From NCBI GenBank assembly GCA_964291295.2, contig OZ219754.1, positions 416,001-480,000 of the forward strand: 64,000 bases of DNA, in the 5' to 3' direction. Under the pieces are notes generated by a model. That model had not been told where the DNA came from. It did not search any database and saw only the letters and a program-made list of their open reading frames with translations. The stretch comes from an uncultured Candidatus Binatia bacterium. Lineage in GTDB: Bacteria > Desulfobacterota > Binatia > UBA9968 > JAJDTQ01. A program made the position numbers and the translations under genes. Shown one piece after another: positions 1-12,156 of this stretch. Position 1 is the stretch's first letter; each line of letters opens with the position of its first letter.

Positions 1-261
1 TTGGCCCCTGAGATTGAGCGCCTCGATCTCGGCGGGCGAGAGCCTTCCCCCGGACATCTGCCGGTACATCTGAAGCATTCTGTAGTATTGCCGTTCGAGT
101 TCCGTGTAGGTGATCTTCTGCCCGTTCACTTCGGCGATGGTGACCACCCGATCCTGTCCTCCCTGGGGGCCGACGCCCACCATGACGAAGGCCAGCACGC
201 CGATGCCGAGCAACAGGAGCACTATCCACGACCGTTTTCTCTTTCGCAGCACGTCAAGCAT
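1..261 (-). CDS. SurA/PpiD N-terminal-domain membrane chaperone (partial, runs off window start)
   Basis: Not in ORF track. Manual translation from ATG 261: MLDVLRKRKRSWIVLLLLGIGVLAFVMVGVG...IAEVNGQKITYTELERQY, i.e. TM anchor plus SurA_N-like motif; divergent from mreB. Confidence 0.75.
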   Translation of the reverse strand, partial: MLDVLRKRKRSWIVLLLLGIGVLAFVMVGVGPQGGQDRVVTIAEVNGQKITYTELERQYYRMLQMYRQMSGGRLSPAEIEALNLRGQ

Positions 262-449
262 GTTCGCAACGCTCCAGAAAAGTTCGCAACACTCCTCGGA
301 TCAAGGCCGGTGCGCCCGCGGGCCGGCCGGTCAGGCCGGGAACAGGCCCTTGTGACAGGGCTCTCATTATAGGCAGCCCGCGTGCTCAAGGGAAGGGCGG
401 GGACGGTGGTTCCCTTTGTTGTAGGACGGGTGCGGTTCTGATATCTTGA

Positions 450-1523
<1,074 letters not shown>

Positions 1524-1538
1524 ACACCGAGTCTATCC

Positions 1539-2522
1539 GTGCCCGCAGCCAGGACAGGAAACACTGCGGATTCACGCAGGTCGTCTGAGCACCTCGCCGA
1601 CCCCCGAGAGCAGGACACTCGATTCGGCAAGGCCCGTCTTCTCACCCTCAACCTGCTGCGCCGGCACCGGATTCCCATCCACGGCCTGCTGGCCCTGGCC
1701 CTGGCCTTCTACGTCGTCACCGTTTCGTCCACCCATTCCGACAAGGGCGAACCCGTCACCCGGCTCCTGTCGCAGGCCATGATACCGCTCAAGAAGTCGC
1801 TCCACGCGGTGGGCGCCGCGGTCCACCACCTGCAGCGCAACTACGTGGACCTGAAGGATCTGTGGAACGAGAACCGGGCCCTCAAGGAACAGATCGCCAC
1901 CCTTGAGGCCGAACGCAACCGGCTCTTCGAAGCCAAGCTCGCGAACGACCGCCTGACCGAACTGCTGGAGATCCGGACACGGATACTGAGGGAATCCGTC
2001 GCCGCCACGGTGATCAGCCACAGTCCGAGCAGCTGGTTCCGCACCGTCACGGTGGACAAGGGAAGTCATGCGGGTATTCATCGCGGCATGGCGGTCATCA
2101 CGCCCCGGGGCGTGGTCGGCAAGGTCGTGTCCGTGGAGGGCGACACCGCCAAGGTCATGTTGCTGACGGACCACATGAGCGGGCTCGACGTCATCACGCA
2201 GCGGACCCGGGTGCGCGGCATCGTCTCCGGATCGGTGGACGGCGGGCCCATCGTGAAGTACATGGGCCGCAACGAGGATGTCCGTCCCGGCGACCGGCTC
2301 ATCACATCGGGGCTCGACGGGACCTTCCCCAAGGGACTTCTGGTGGGCACCATCGTCGACATCGCGGACGACGAGCCCGGACTCTTCCGTCGGGTGAGGG
2401 TCTCGCTGGCCGTGGACCCGCTGGTGATGGAGGAGGTGCTGTTCGTTTCCGACAAACCCAGGCCAGCGGTCTCCTCCGCACCGGAGAGGGGCCGGGAACA
2501 GGCACGGTCGGCGACCCCGTGA
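1539..2522 (+). CDS. mreC: Rod shape-determining protein MreC (start uncertain)
   Basis: TM plus coiled coil, VDKGS..G...GMAVITPRGVVGKV, ITSGLDGTFPKGLLVG; between mreB and mreD. Confidence 0.93.
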   Translation: MPAARTGNTADSRRSSEHLADPREQDTRFGKARLLTLNLLRRHRIPIHGLLALALAFYVVTVSSTHSDKGEPVTRLLSQAMIPLKKSLHAVGAAVHHLQRNYVDLKDLWNENRALKEQIATLEAERNRLFEAKLANDRLTELLEIRTRILRESVAATVISHSPSSWFRTVTVDKGSHAGIHRGMAVITPRGVVGKVVSVEGDTAKVMLLTDHMSGLDVITQRTRVRGIVSGSVDGGPIVKYMGRNEDVRPGDRLITSGLDGTFPKGLLVGTIVDIADDEPGLFRRVRVSLAVDPLVMEEVLFVSDKPRPAVSSAPERGREQARSATP

Positions 2523-3043
2523 ACGTGTCGCTGGTCTTTTTCGGCATCGGCCTGGTCTTCGTCCTCCTGCAGGCCACGGTGCTGCACCTGGCGAGCTGGA
2601 CGCCCACCATTCCCGACCTGACCCTGATCCTCTGCGTCTACTGGACCCTCAACCGCCCTCGGGCCGAGGCCGTCTGGGCCACGTTCCTGTTGGGATACGC
2701 CATCGACATCCTGTCGAGTCCCCAACCGGGCGCCAACGCCCTGGCCTTCACCGTGGTCTTCCTGGCGGCATACGCGGTCTTCCGCTACATCTGGACCAGC
2801 GGCGTTCTGATCCACGCCGCCACCGTGTTCCTGGCCGTCTGGCTGAAGGTCGGTACGCTGATCGTCGTTTCGCCGCTGTTCGAGTTGTCCGCGGGCGGTT
2901 GGGTGGTGGTCGCCGAATCCATCTTCCGGGAAGCCTTCTTCTCCGCTTGTATCGCCCCACTGCTGTTCGTACCGCTCCGCTCCATCCAGACCCGCATGGA
3001 CACCGTGGGAAGACCGTCCTTCCTTGCCAATGCCGCCGGTTAG
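2519..3043 (+). CDS. mreD: Rod shape-determining protein MreD
   Basis: 174 aa hydrophobic, PDLTLI and FLLGYAIDILS motifs; GTGA overlap with mreC. Confidence 0.88.
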   Translation: MNVSLVFFGIGLVFVLLQATVLHLASWTPTIPDLTLILCVYWTLNRPRAEAVWATFLLGYAIDILSSPQPGANALAFTVVFLAAYAVFRYIWTSGVLIHAATVFLAVWLKVGTLIVVSPLFELSAGGWVVVAESIFREAFFSACIAPLLFVPLRSIQTRMDTVGRPSFLANAAG

Positions 3044-4922
3044 GCCCACCTCCCGGACCTGGATCGAGTTTCGCGGCCGGATACGCCTCTTCGGGCTGTT
3101 GATCCTGCTGGTTTTCGCTTTCATCTCCTACCGCCTGTGGACCCTCCAGATCCTGCAGGGCAAGCGTTACACGGTCATGTCCGAACACAACCGGATCCGC
3201 CTGGTGCGCGTTCCCGCGGTTCGCGGCATGGTGTTCGACCGCAAGCATCGGCTGCTGATCGACAGCCGGCCTTCCTTCGACGTGCGCTACGTGCCCGAGG
3301 ACCCGGAGCACCGGGAAACCACCCTGCGGCGACTCGCGCGCATGATCGATGGCGACAGCGCGCGCTTCCTGGAAGCCGTCCGCCACGCCCAAGAGGGCTC
3401 CAGGACGGGCGTCACGCTCGTTCGCGACGTGGATTGGCCGTCCGTGGTGGCGGTGGATGCGCATCGGCTGGAGCTTCCGGGAGTGTACGTGAGCGTCAAG
3501 GCCCGCCGCAGCTATCGGACCAACGGGATGGCCTCCCACCTGTTCGGCTACATGGGGGAGATCAACACCGGGCAGTTGCATCGACTCCGCAGACAGGGCT
3601 ACCGGCGCGGAGACGAAATCGGGCAGGCCGGCCTCGAAAAGAAATGGCAGCAGCATCTGGCCGGGCGCAGCGGAGGGGAAAAGGTGGAGGTCGACGCCAC
3701 GGGCCGAAAGGTCCGCGTGATCGACCGGCACAAGGCGACGCCGGGGCACAACATCGTGCTGACTCTCGACCGGGACACCCAGCGAGCCGCCTACGACGCA
3801 CTGAAGGGGAAGGAGGGCGCCATCGTCGTCCTCGACGTGAATACCGGCGCGGTGCGGGCCATGGTGAGCACTCCCGCCTTCGACCCCAACGCGTTCGCCC
3901 GCGGCATGACGATCGCGGAGTGGCGTCGGATGATGGCCGACGACGAGACCCCGCTGCACAACAGGGCGTTGCAGGGGCATTTCCCGCCCGGCTCGACGTT
4001 CAAGATCGTCACCGCGTTGGCCGCCTTGCAGGAAGGCGTGATCTCACCGGACCAACGGCTGTTCTGCGACGGCACCTACAAGGTGGGCAACCGCGTGCTC
4101 CGGGACTGGAAGCGTGACGGACACGGCCCCATCGCCATGCGCCAAGCCCTGGCGCAGTCGTGCGACGTCTACTTCTACCAGTTGGGGCAGCGGCTCGGCG
4201 TCGACAAGATAGCCGCGTACGCGCGCCGCTTCGGACTCGGCGCACCCACCGGCATCGACCTTGAGGGCGAAAACCCCGGACTGGTTCCCGACCGGGCATG
4301 GAAACGGAAGCGTTACGGGGAGCCGTGGTTTCCCGGAGAGACGCCCTTGGTGGCCATCGGCCAAGGTTACATCGGGGTGACCCCGCTGCAGATGGCCAGC
4401 ATGATGGCCACCTTGGCCAACGGTGGAACGGTGTACCGTCCATGGTTCGTGAAACAGGTCCGGTCCGCGGACGGCACGGTGATGAAAGAATACGGTCCGG
4501 TCCGCACCGGCAGCGTGGCCCTGAAGGAAGCGAACATGGCCATCGTGCGCCGGGCGCTGTTCGAAGTGGTCCATGGAAGGCGCGGCACGGGCAGGCGGGC
4601 GCGCTCGAAGACCGTCGACATCGCGGGAAAGACCGGGACCGCCCAAGTGGTGGAGATGCGCGGCAAGGTCGTCAAGAGCGAGGACCTGCCCTACGAGGTC
4701 CGGGATCACGCGTGGTTCGTGGCCTATGCCCCGGCCGAGGATGCCGAGATAGCGGTGGCGACCCTGGTGGAGCACGGCGGACACGGCGGCGCCACGGCCG
4801 CGCCCATCACCCGAAAGGTCATGGAGGCCTGGTTCGGCAACCAGGGTGAGGATCTGGAGAATCCGGAAGCGCCGGCCGGTGTCACCGGCCGCGCCCCCCC
4901 CCGGCAGGATCATGCAAATTGA
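3030..4922 (+). CDS. mrdA: Penicillin-binding protein 2
   Basis: PPGSTFK (SxxK), SCDVYFY, AGKTGTAQ, DHAWF motifs. Confidence 0.96.
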   Translation: MPPVRPTSRTWIEFRGRIRLFGLLILLVFAFISYRLWTLQILQGKRYTVMSEHNRIRLVRVPAVRGMVFDRKHRLLIDSRPSFDVRYVPEDPEHRETTLRRLARMIDGDSARFLEAVRHAQEGSRTGVTLVRDVDWPSVVAVDAHRLELPGVYVSVKARRSYRTNGMASHLFGYMGEINTGQLHRLRRQGYRRGDEIGQAGLEKKWQQHLAGRSGGEKVEVDATGRKVRVIDRHKATPGHNIVLTLDRDTQRAAYDALKGKEGAIVVLDVNTGAVRAMVSTPAFDPNAFARGMTIAEWRRMMADDETPLHNRALQGHFPPGSTFKIVTALAALQEGVISPDQRLFCDGTYKVGNRVLRDWKRDGHGPIAMRQALAQSCDVYFYQLGQRLGVDKIAAYARRFGLGAPTGIDLEGENPGLVPDRAWKRKRYGEPWFPGETPLVAIGQGYIGVTPLQMASMMATLANGGTVYRPWFVKQVRSADGTVMKEYGPVRTGSVALKEANMAIVRRALFEVVHGRRGTGRRARSKTVDIAGKTGTAQVVEMRGKVVKSEDLPYEVRDHAWFVAYAPAEDAEIAVATLVEHGGHGGATAAPITRKVMEAWFGNQGEDLENPEAPAGVTGRAPPRQDHAN

Positions 4923-6030
4923 CCGCCGGCTGGTGGTCAGCTTCGACTGGCCCTTGTTGCTCCTGACCGTGGGGTTGGCCCTGCTGGGCATCTTGACCAT
5001 CTACAGCGCCACGTGCGGCGTCGACGAGGAGTGCCCGCGCCATCTGGCCACCCGGCAGTCCTACTGGCTCGTCATCGGCCTTGTGCTGATGGTGGCGAGC
5101 TTCTCCGTGGACTATCAGTACCTGAACCGCTGGGCGTTCCCGCTCTACATCGCGGTGGTCATCCTCCTGGCCCTGGTACTGGTGGTCGGTGTCACCAGCG
5201 GAGGCTCGCAACGATGGCTGGACATGAAGTTCTTCTCGCTCCAGCCCTCGGAGCTTGCCAAGCTGGTGCTGGTGCTGGTGCTGGCCAAGACGCTGTGCTA
5301 CCACGAGCCCGGATATCCGCTCATCGTCCTGGGGATCCCGCTGATGCTGTGCGCACCGGTGCTTGCCTTGGTGCTGCTGCAGCCGGACCTGGGCACCGCC
5401 GTGCTGCTCTTTCTCATCGCCGTGGCCGTCGTGGTCATGGCCGGACTGCGCCTGCGGTCGCTGTTGTACTCCGGCCTCGCGGTCATCGCCCTGCTGCCGA
5501 CAGCGTGGCAGTTTCTGAAGCCGTACCAGAAGACCCGCATCTGGACCTTCATGAATCCGGAGTCGGACCCCTTGGGCGCCGGCTATCACGTGGTCCAGTC
5601 CAAGATCGCCATCGGTTCGGGCCGTCTCTGGGGCAAGGGCTATCTTCAGGGCAGTCAGAGCCGGCTGGAGTTTCTCCCCGAGCAGCACACGGATTTCATC
5701 TTCGCCGTGTTCGCCGAGGAGTGGGGATTCTCGGGTTGCCTGCTGCTGCTGGCGGCGTACGCGTTGCTGTTCCTGCTCGCGCTCCGGGTCGTCCGGCGCG
5801 CCAAGGACCGCTTCGGCGTGCTGCTGGCCGTCGGCATGACCGCCATCCTGTTCTGGCAGTTCACCATCAACATCGGCATGGTCACGGGCCTCCTGCCGGT
5901 GGTGGGCATTCCGTTGCCGCTCATCAGCTACGGCGGATCCTCGCTGGTGACGACCCTGGTGGCCGTGGGGGTGCTCATCAGCATCAGCATGAGGCGCCAC
6001 ACGCGCCAGCCCGGCACCCCGGCAACATGA
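4912..6030 (+). CDS. rodA: SEDS peptidoglycan glycosyltransferase RodA
   Basis: LQPSELAK, QPDLGT, LPEQHTDFIF, GIPLPLISYGGSS. Confidence 0.96.
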   Translation: MQIDRRLVVSFDWPLLLLTVGLALLGILTIYSATCGVDEECPRHLATRQSYWLVIGLVLMVASFSVDYQYLNRWAFPLYIAVVILLALVLVVGVTSGGSQRWLDMKFFSLQPSELAKLVLVLVLAKTLCYHEPGYPLIVLGIPLMLCAPVLALVLLQPDLGTAVLLFLIAVAVVVMAGLRLRSLLYSGLAVIALLPTAWQFLKPYQKTRIWTFMNPESDPLGAGYHVVQSKIAIGSGRLWGKGYLQGSQSRLEFLPEQHTDFIFAVFAEEWGFSGCLLLLAAYALLFLLALRVVRRAKDRFGVLLAVGMTAILFWQFTINIGMVTGLLPVVGIPLPLISYGGSSLVTTLVAVGVLISISMRRHTRQPGTPAT

Positions 6031-6354
6031 GCGGTCCACCGGTGGGACCGGACCGGGCGGTGTCTGGTTCAAGGACGCTGGAGCAACCGGGTCGAGCATT
6101 TCCCGCATCGCGGAATTCCGGACGAACACCGAACAGGTCATTCCACGTATGCCCGCGGCTTCGCCGAGAGTATTGACGAACTCCCTCCTCGAAGCCGCAC
6201 GGAGAAACGGGCTCACCGTCCTCGAAGAACAGGCTCCGTGCTTCGATCGCGTTGAGAACGATATCTGCGAAAGTGTCGCCGGCCTGCGACTCTGCTATCT
6301 GGCGGCCCTTTTTCGATCTGGAAGGCATGGCGACGTAACGGACGGCATTTCACC

Positions 6355-6720
6355 ATGTCCGGCGCGGTGCACCGGGACGGCCGGTGCGGAACGCCGCTGG
6401 CACCACCGGGCTCATTCACCCATTCCGGCACGATTCCCTGTATCGGCGCGCGCCTCCGGCTTTCGGGTAGCGGTGCGGCCTGGGCCGGGTTTGCGGCGTT
6501 TCTGGCGGCCTCGCCGGCCGCCATGGCACAGACCCGCAATCCCGCCGGCACGGGCACCTTGCCGGCAGCCACCTGTGACGCCGCCTCCTACGCCAACGGC
6601 ATCAGCTGCACGGGCATGAGAGGTGGCCTGACGCTGACCGTCGCGGCGCCGGACGGCGGAACCACGGTTACGGGCGAAGCGCACGGAATCCAGGCCAAGG
6701 ACACCAACCGCGCACCGGGA
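6355..6720 (+). pseudogene. Possible N-terminal remnant of a secreted/autotransporter-like protein
   Basis: Signal-like AAFLAASPAAMA|QT followed by a G/T-rich beta-type segment (TCDAASYANGI..LTLTVAAPDGGTTVTG); the frame then degenerates into the trxA antisense region. Confidence 0.3.
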
Positions 6721-6885
6721 GCGATCCCGGTTCGTCGAACGCGAGGCTTGCGAGCGCAGCGGCCGGTCGCAGGGGCAACCGGGGTCGCGGTCTCGTGGCG
6801 GTCTTCGCCGCTGCGCCAGGCTGAAAAACGTTACGCGATCGGGTACGCGAGCGGAGAGAATGGCCGTCGGGCGAAGCGGATCGTC

Positions 6886-7209
6886 CTAACCCAGGGCCTT
6901 GTCGATCTCGCTCACCAGTCGGGCCTTGGGGGCCGCACCCACGATCTGGCCCGAGAGGCTCCCTTCCTTGAAGATCATCAGGTTCGGAATTCCCCTCACG
7001 CCGTATCGGCCGGGCGTTTCGGGGTTTTCATCAACGTTGATCTTCACCACCTTGAGCCTGCCGTCGTACTCCCGCGCCAGTTCCTCCAGCACCGGAGCAA
7101 TGGACTTGCACGGGCCGCACCAGGGAGCCCAGAAATCCACCAGCACGGGCGTGGACGCGCGAATGACTTCCGCGTCGAACTCGTTGTCCGCTACATGCGA
7201 TATTTCCAT
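6886..7209 (-). CDS. trxA: Thioredoxin
   Basis: VLVDFWAPWCGPCK, GIPNL; 107 aa from ATG 7209. Confidence 0.97.
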   Translation of the reverse strand: MEISHVADNEFDAEVIRASTPVLVDFWAPWCGPCKSIAPVLEELAREYDGRLKVVKINVDENPETPGRYGVRGIPNLMIFKEGSLSGQIVGAAPKARLVSEIDKALG

Positions 7210-7232
7210 GGAGAGGTGCCTCCCTTTCCCGT

Positions 7233-8711
7233 CTAGATTTCGGAGAGAAGATTCAACAGGGTCCGCACGCCGAACCCGGTGCCCCCTTTCGGGCACGTGA
7301 CATGACCCTTGGCCGCAAATGCCGGTCCGGCGATGTCGAGATGCGCCCAAGGCGTCTCCCCCACGAATTCCTGCAGGAACAGGGCGGCCGTAATGGCGCC
7401 GGCCGAACCCCCGCCGACATTCCGGATATCCGCGACCTGGCTCTTGATGTCCTCGCGGTACTCGGCCGCCAGCGGCAATCGCCAGAGGCCCTCGCCGGCG
7501 TCGCGGCCGCACTGCGCGAGCTTGCCGGCAAGCTCGTCGTCGTTGCTGAAGAGGCCCGCCAACTCATGACCCAGGGCCACGATGCAAGCGCCCGTGAGGG
7601 TCGCGAGATCGATCATGCAGTGGGGCTTTTCCCTGCTGGCCAGCGCCAGGGCATCGGCGAGGATCAGCCGGCCCTCGGCGTCGGTGTTCACCACCTCGAC
7701 TGTCTTGCCGTTCCGGTAGCGGATCACGTCCCCCGGTTTCTGCGCACCGCCGTCCGGCAGATTGTCGGTGGCCGGCACCAGGCCGAGCACCTCGATGCCG
7801 GGCGCGAGCTCAGGCAGCACGCTCATGACGCCGATAACCACGGCCGCCCCCGCCATGTCCAGTTTCATGGTCTCCATCGACCGTGCCGGCTTGAGGGAAA
7901 GGCCGCCGGAATCGAAAGTGATCCCCTTGCCCAGGAGCACCACCTTCTTCCGCGGCGAGCCTTTGGGCTTGTAACGCATGTGGATGAAGCGCGGCTCCTC
8001 CCGGCTCCCCTGGTTGACCGCCAGCAAGCCCGCCAGCCTCATCTGCTGGATCTTTCTCTTGCCCCACACATCCACCTTCAGGCCGTCGCCACGGCAATGG
8101 GCCACAGCCTGCTCCGACAGGTAACTGGCGGTGGCGGTGGACGGCGGCTCGTTGACCAGATCCCGCGCCAGACACACCGCCGACGCCGACAGCCTGGCCC
8201 GACGCACCGCGCGGGACAGCCCGCCGGGCCTTCCCGACGCGGCCCGTCCGAGAACGAGGGTCCGCAACCCGCCCTGCGGCTTGCCGTTGGAGCGATATTT
8301 GGTGAAGCGGTAGGCGTTGAGCAGAGCTCCCTCGGCGACCGCTGCCACCACCGTTTCCGTCTGTTGATCCGGAGGCAGCATGAAGGTCGCCTCGTCGGCC
8401 CAGACCCGTGCGGCCTCCCTGGCAGCCGTGGCACCGGCCACGCGCCAGGTATGGACCCCCTCGTCTTCATGCCTGCCCAGTCCCACCAGCAGCACATGCC
8501 CGGCCGGCATCGCACCGTCGGTCGCCACCCGCAGCGAGGTTCCCCGTCTGGCGGTGAACCCGCTCCTTTTCACCAACGCGCCGAGCCGGCCCTTGAGCTG
8601 GCGGTCGAGGCGGCGCGCCAGACCGTCGTCGAGGCCCTTGTCGGTAACCGGCACCGCCAGCAGCGCGGTGCGGATCCGGGAAGGGGCGACCTCTTTCAGC
8701 CTGATCTCCAT
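7233..8711 (-). CDS. pepA: Leucyl aminopeptidase (M17)
   Basis: GKGITFDSGG, MKLDMAG, NTDAEGRL, WAHLDIAG. Confidence 0.96.
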   Translation of the reverse strand: MEIRLKEVAPSRIRTALLAVPVTDKGLDDGLARRLDRQLKGRLGALVKRSGFTARRGTSLRVATDGAMPAGHVLLVGLGRHEDEGVHTWRVAGATAAREAARVWADEATFMLPPDQQTETVVAAVAEGALLNAYRFTKYRSNGKPQGGLRTLVLGRAASGRPGGLSRAVRRARLSASAVCLARDLVNEPPSTATASYLSEQAVAHCRGDGLKVDVWGKRKIQQMRLAGLLAVNQGSREEPRFIHMRYKPKGSPRKKVVLLGKGITFDSGGLSLKPARSMETMKLDMAGAAVVIGVMSVLPELAPGIEVLGLVPATDNLPDGGAQKPGDVIRYRNGKTVEVVNTDAEGRLILADALALASREKPHCMIDLATLTGACIVALGHELAGLFSNDDELAGKLAQCGRDAGEGLWRLPLAAEYREDIKSQVADIRNVGGGSAGAITAALFLQEFVGETPWAHLDIAGPAFAAKGHVTCPKGGTGFGVRTLLNLLSEI

Positions 8712-8720
8712 GGACGTCGG

Positions 8721-9338
8721 TCAGGAGCCGCGACCCCGGATGAGGTTCATGAACTCGGCGCGAGTCTTCTCCTGCGTGCGGAAGGCCCCCAACAGGGAAC
8801 TGGTGACCACGGTGGAATTCTGTTTCTGGACGCCGCGCATGCGCATGCACATGTGCTCGGCCTCCATGACCACCGCCGCTCCCAAGGGGTTGATGCGGTC
8901 CATGATGGTGCTGGCGATCTGGTTCGTCAGACGCTCCTGGACCTGCAGCCGGCGGGCGTAGGTGTCCACCAGCCGCGCCAGCTTGGAGATGCCGATGATC
9001 TTCTTGCGCGGGATGTAGGCGACGTGGGCCTTGCCGAGAAAAGGCAGCATGTGATGTTCACAGAGAGAATAAAAGTCGATATCCTTCTCGACGATCATCT
9101 CCTGGTAGTCCTCGGTAAACAGCGCGCCGTTGATGATGGCGTCCGGGTTCTCGCGGTAGCCTCCGGTCAGGAATCTCCAGGCCGCCGTCACCCGCTCCGG
9201 CGTCTTCCTGAGCCCTTCCCGGTCGGGATCCTCTCCGATGGCCGCCAGGACGGCTCTCACATGTGCTTCCAGGGAATCTGTCGGTGGCTCCGTGTCTGGC
9301 GGTGGCTCCGCGTGGTCGGCAAGCCTCTGAAATGGCAT
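8721..9338 (-). CDS. folE: GTP cyclohydrolase I
   Basis: [27 protein letters not shown]; start taken as ATG 9338. Confidence 0.96.
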   Translation of the reverse strand: MPFQRLADHAEPPPDTEPPTDSLEAHVRAVLAAIGEDPDREGLRKTPERVTAAWRFLTGGYRENPDAIINGALFTEDYQEMIVEKDIDFYSLCEHHMLPFLGKAHVAYIPRKKIIGISKLARLVDTYARRLQVQERLTNQIASTIMDRINPLGAAVVMEAEHMCMRMRGVQKQNSTVVTSSLLGAFRTQEKTRAEFMNLIRGRGS

Positions 9339-9482
9339 TGAGGCAACGTAACATCTGCCCCGGAACGGGTCAAATCGGCCTCCGCGGCACCGTCCGGGAG
9401 TCATGACCGAACCCCGGGCGGTCTGCCGGCGCGCCTTGCCGGCAACGTGAAATCCTGCGAATATCTGTGGACGAAGCCGGTT

Positions 9483-9547
9483 GCAGGGCAACTGCGCAGG
9501 GCAACGGTTCAAGACAACGGTTCAGGGCCGCGGTTCAGGGCCGCGGG
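9483..9547. repeat. Degenerate 13-bp tandem repeat in folE/ptsP divergent region
   Basis: ggttcaagacaac-ggttcagggccgc-ggttcagggccgc, preceded by gcagggcaac x2. Confidence 0.7.
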
Positions 9548-9576
9548 AATCCGGCCGGCGACGTCCGGATCAAGTC

Positions 9577-11979
9577 ATGACGCGAGCATCCGACACCTCG
9601 GAAGACGGCGCCTCCTACCTCGTCACCCTGGAAGAGATCGGCCGTTTCGTCGGCGAAGCCGAGAACCTGCAGGGATGCCTCAACAGCATCGCGGGTATCG
9701 TGGCCAAGCGGATGCAGACCGAGGTCTGCTCGGTCTACCTCCTTGATGCCGAGAACGGGCGGCTCACGTTGAGCGCCACCCGGGGCCTGGATCCGGCGGC
9801 GGTGGGACGCGTCTCCATGGTCGCCGGCGAGGGCCTCGCGGGGCTGGTGGTGGAAACGGAAGAACCCGTGATGGTCGTGGACGCCCCTTCGCATCCGCGC
9901 TTTCTGTATTTCCCGGAGACCGGCGAGGAACGGTACCACTCCTTCTTCGGCGTTCCCGTCACCGCTCAGAAAACTCCCATCGGCGTCCTGGTGGTGCAGA
10001 CCTCCCGTCCGCGCGAGTTCACCCACGAGGAGGCCCGCCTTCTCAAGGCCATTTCCGCTCAGGTCTCCACCATCATCGTGCACGCCCGGCTGGTGGATTC
10101 CCTCAAGGACAAGGAGCGCGAGCGCAAGCGGTCCCGGCGGCGCATGGTCAACGCGCTGCGGCGGCTCCGCTCCTACGAGGGAAGGGGAAAGGAGCGCACC
10201 AGCGAGCGCCCGCGGAAGTTTCGCAGCCGCCTCACCGGGCTCGCGGCCTGCCCCGGCTTCGCCCATGGCAAGGCCCACATCCTGCAGCGGCGCGTGGATC
10301 TGGGCTCCATCCAGAAGACGCACACCGGCGACCCCCGGCGCGAACTGGAGCGCTTTCGTACCGCGGCGCAACAGGCCGTGGCCCAGGTGGAAGGGATCAA
10401 GACCCGCATGATCGCCCTCATCTCCGATGAGGCGGGAGCGATCTTCGAAGTGCACCGGATGTTGTTGAACGACCCGGTGCTGAAAGGCCAGATCGAGAAA
10501 CGCATCGCCGAGGAACACCTCACCGCCTACTATGCCGTCAGCAGCATCTTTCGCAGACACATGAAGACGGTGAGCGAGGTCGGCGACCGGTACCTGAAGG
10601 AACGCACCGTGGACATCCGCGACGTGGCCCAAAGGCTGCTGGACAATCTCTCGGGCTCCGAGGAGCGCCGGCTCGTGGTTCCGGACGGAAGCGCCATCCT
10701 GGTGGCCGAAGACCTTTCTCCCGCGGACCTGGCGCTGGTCGAGGGCGACCGCTTTCAAGGTATCGTGCTGGCCACCGGCGGCGTCACCTCCCACGCGTCG
10801 CTCCTGGCCAAGTCCTTCGAGATCCCCACGGTGGTGGCGGCGGAGGGAGTGCTGGAAAGTGTCCGGAAAGAGGACTCGTTGATCGTGGACGGCAACTCCG
10901 GAGTCGTGTTCATCAATCCCAACAACGATATCGTCGGAGAGTACGAGCGGTTGGAGCGCCACTATCTCGCCGTCAACCGCGAACTCGACGAATTGCGCGA
11001 CCTGCCGGCCGAAACCACCGACGGCCACCGCGTGCGCCTGTTCGCCAACATGGGCCTGCTGACGGATATGCGGTTCGCGCAGAATCACGGCGCCGAGGGC
11101 ATCGGCCTGTACCGGACCGAGATCCCGTTCCTCGCCTATCATGACTTCCCCACCGAGGCGCAGCAGTTCGCCCTCTATCAGAAGGTGGTGGAAGGCATGG
11201 GCGGCAAGCCCGTCACCATCCGTACCCTCGATATCGGGGCGGACAAGTATCCGCCCTACGTGAGCATCGCCCGTTCCGAGCCCAATCCCTTTCTCGGATG
11301 GCGTTCCATCCGTGTATCGCTGGAGGCGTCCGAAACCTTCAAGATGCAGCTTCGCGCCATTCTGCGCGCGGGGGCGGCGGGACCGGTGCGCATGCTGATC
11401 CCCATGGTCTCCAGTCTGGAAGAAATCCTTCGGGTCAGGACCATGCTGCGGGAGGTCAAGGCCGACCTTGCGCGCGGCGGCGTGCCCTTCGACCGCGACA
11501 TGGAACTGGGAATCATGGTGGAGGTGCCCTCGGCGGTGCAGGTGGCGCACCGGCTGGTGGACGAAGTGGACTTCGTCAGTATCGGCACCAACGACCTGAT
11601 CCAGTACCTGCTGGCGGTGGACCGCGGGAATCGCAAGGTGGCCTCTCTCTACGAGCCCTTCCATCCGGCGGTCCTCGCCGCCCTCCACCAGGTCATTCGG
11701 GCGGCCAAGGACAAGGGCAAGGGCGTCGCCATGTGCGGGGAAATGGCCGGCGACCCGCTGTCGACCCTGCTGTTGATGGGCATGGGGCTCGAAGAATTCA
11801 GCATGGAGTCCCTGTCCATCCCGGTGGTCCGCAAGCTGGTGCGCTCGGTGAGCCACGAGAAGGCCATTGCCATCGGGCAGGCGGCTCTCCGCATGGACAG
11901 AGTGGACCAGATCAAACGCTACCTCTTCAGCGAAATGCGCGCCCTTGGTCTGGTGGAGTTGCTGGAGCTGTACCGCTGA
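9577..11979 (+). CDS. ptsP: PEP-protein phosphotransferase with N-terminal GAF domain (EI-Ntr type)
   Basis: N-terminal GAF; GGVTSHAS phospho-His, GIGLYRTE, IGTNDLIQY, MCGEMAG. Confidence 0.93.
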   Translation: MTRASDTSEDGASYLVTLEEIGRFVGEAENLQGCLNSIAGIVAKRMQTEVCSVYLLDAENGRLTLSATRGLDPAAVGRVSMVAGEGLAGLVVETEEPVMVVDAPSHPRFLYFPETGEERYHSFFGVPVTAQKTPIGVLVVQTSRPREFTHEEARLLKAISAQVSTIIVHARLVDSLKDKERERKRSRRRMVNALRRLRSYEGRGKERTSERPRKFRSRLTGLAACPGFAHGKAHILQRRVDLGSIQKTHTGDPRRELERFRTAAQQAVAQVEGIKTRMIALISDEAGAIFEVHRMLLNDPVLKGQIEKRIAEEHLTAYYAVSSIFRRHMKTVSEVGDRYLKERTVDIRDVAQRLLDNLSGSEERRLVVPDGSAILVAEDLSPADLALVEGDRFQGIVLATGGVTSHASLLAKSFEIPTVVAAEGVLESVRKEDSLIVDGNSGVVFINPNNDIVGEYERLERHYLAVNRELDELRDLPAETTDGHRVRLFANMGLLTDMRFAQNHGAEGIGLYRTEIPFLAYHDFPTEAQQFALYQKVVEGMGGKPVTIRTLDIGADKYPPYVSIARSEPNPFLGWRSIRVSLEASETFKMQLRAILRAGAAGPVRMLIPMVSSLEEILRVRTMLREVKADLARGGVPFDRDMELGIMVEVPSAVQVAHRLVDEVDFVSIGTNDLIQYLLAVDRGNRKVASLYEPFHPAVLAALHQVIRAAKDKGKGVAMCGEMAGDPLSTLLLMGMGLEEFSMESLSIPVVRKLVRSVSHEKAIAIGQAALRMDRVDQIKRYLFSEMRALGLVELLELYR

Positions 11980-12156
11980 CCGGCACTGTTCCGGGCTCCG
12001 CTCTCCGCCGGGACCGGCGACGGAATGACAACCCCTCCCGCCTGTTGACACCCTGCCCCGAACCGCTCCGTTCCGGCAACCCTCCCAAGTGCGGGTGGGG
12101 TCTTCACTATCCAGCCCGTCCACACCTTGGCATGGCCGTTGCCTTCATGTCCGTTC

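Noticed and set aside
6031-6354. Possible riboswitch in the long intergenic region after rodA
   Set aside because: No recognisable aptamer consensus by eye; needs cmscan
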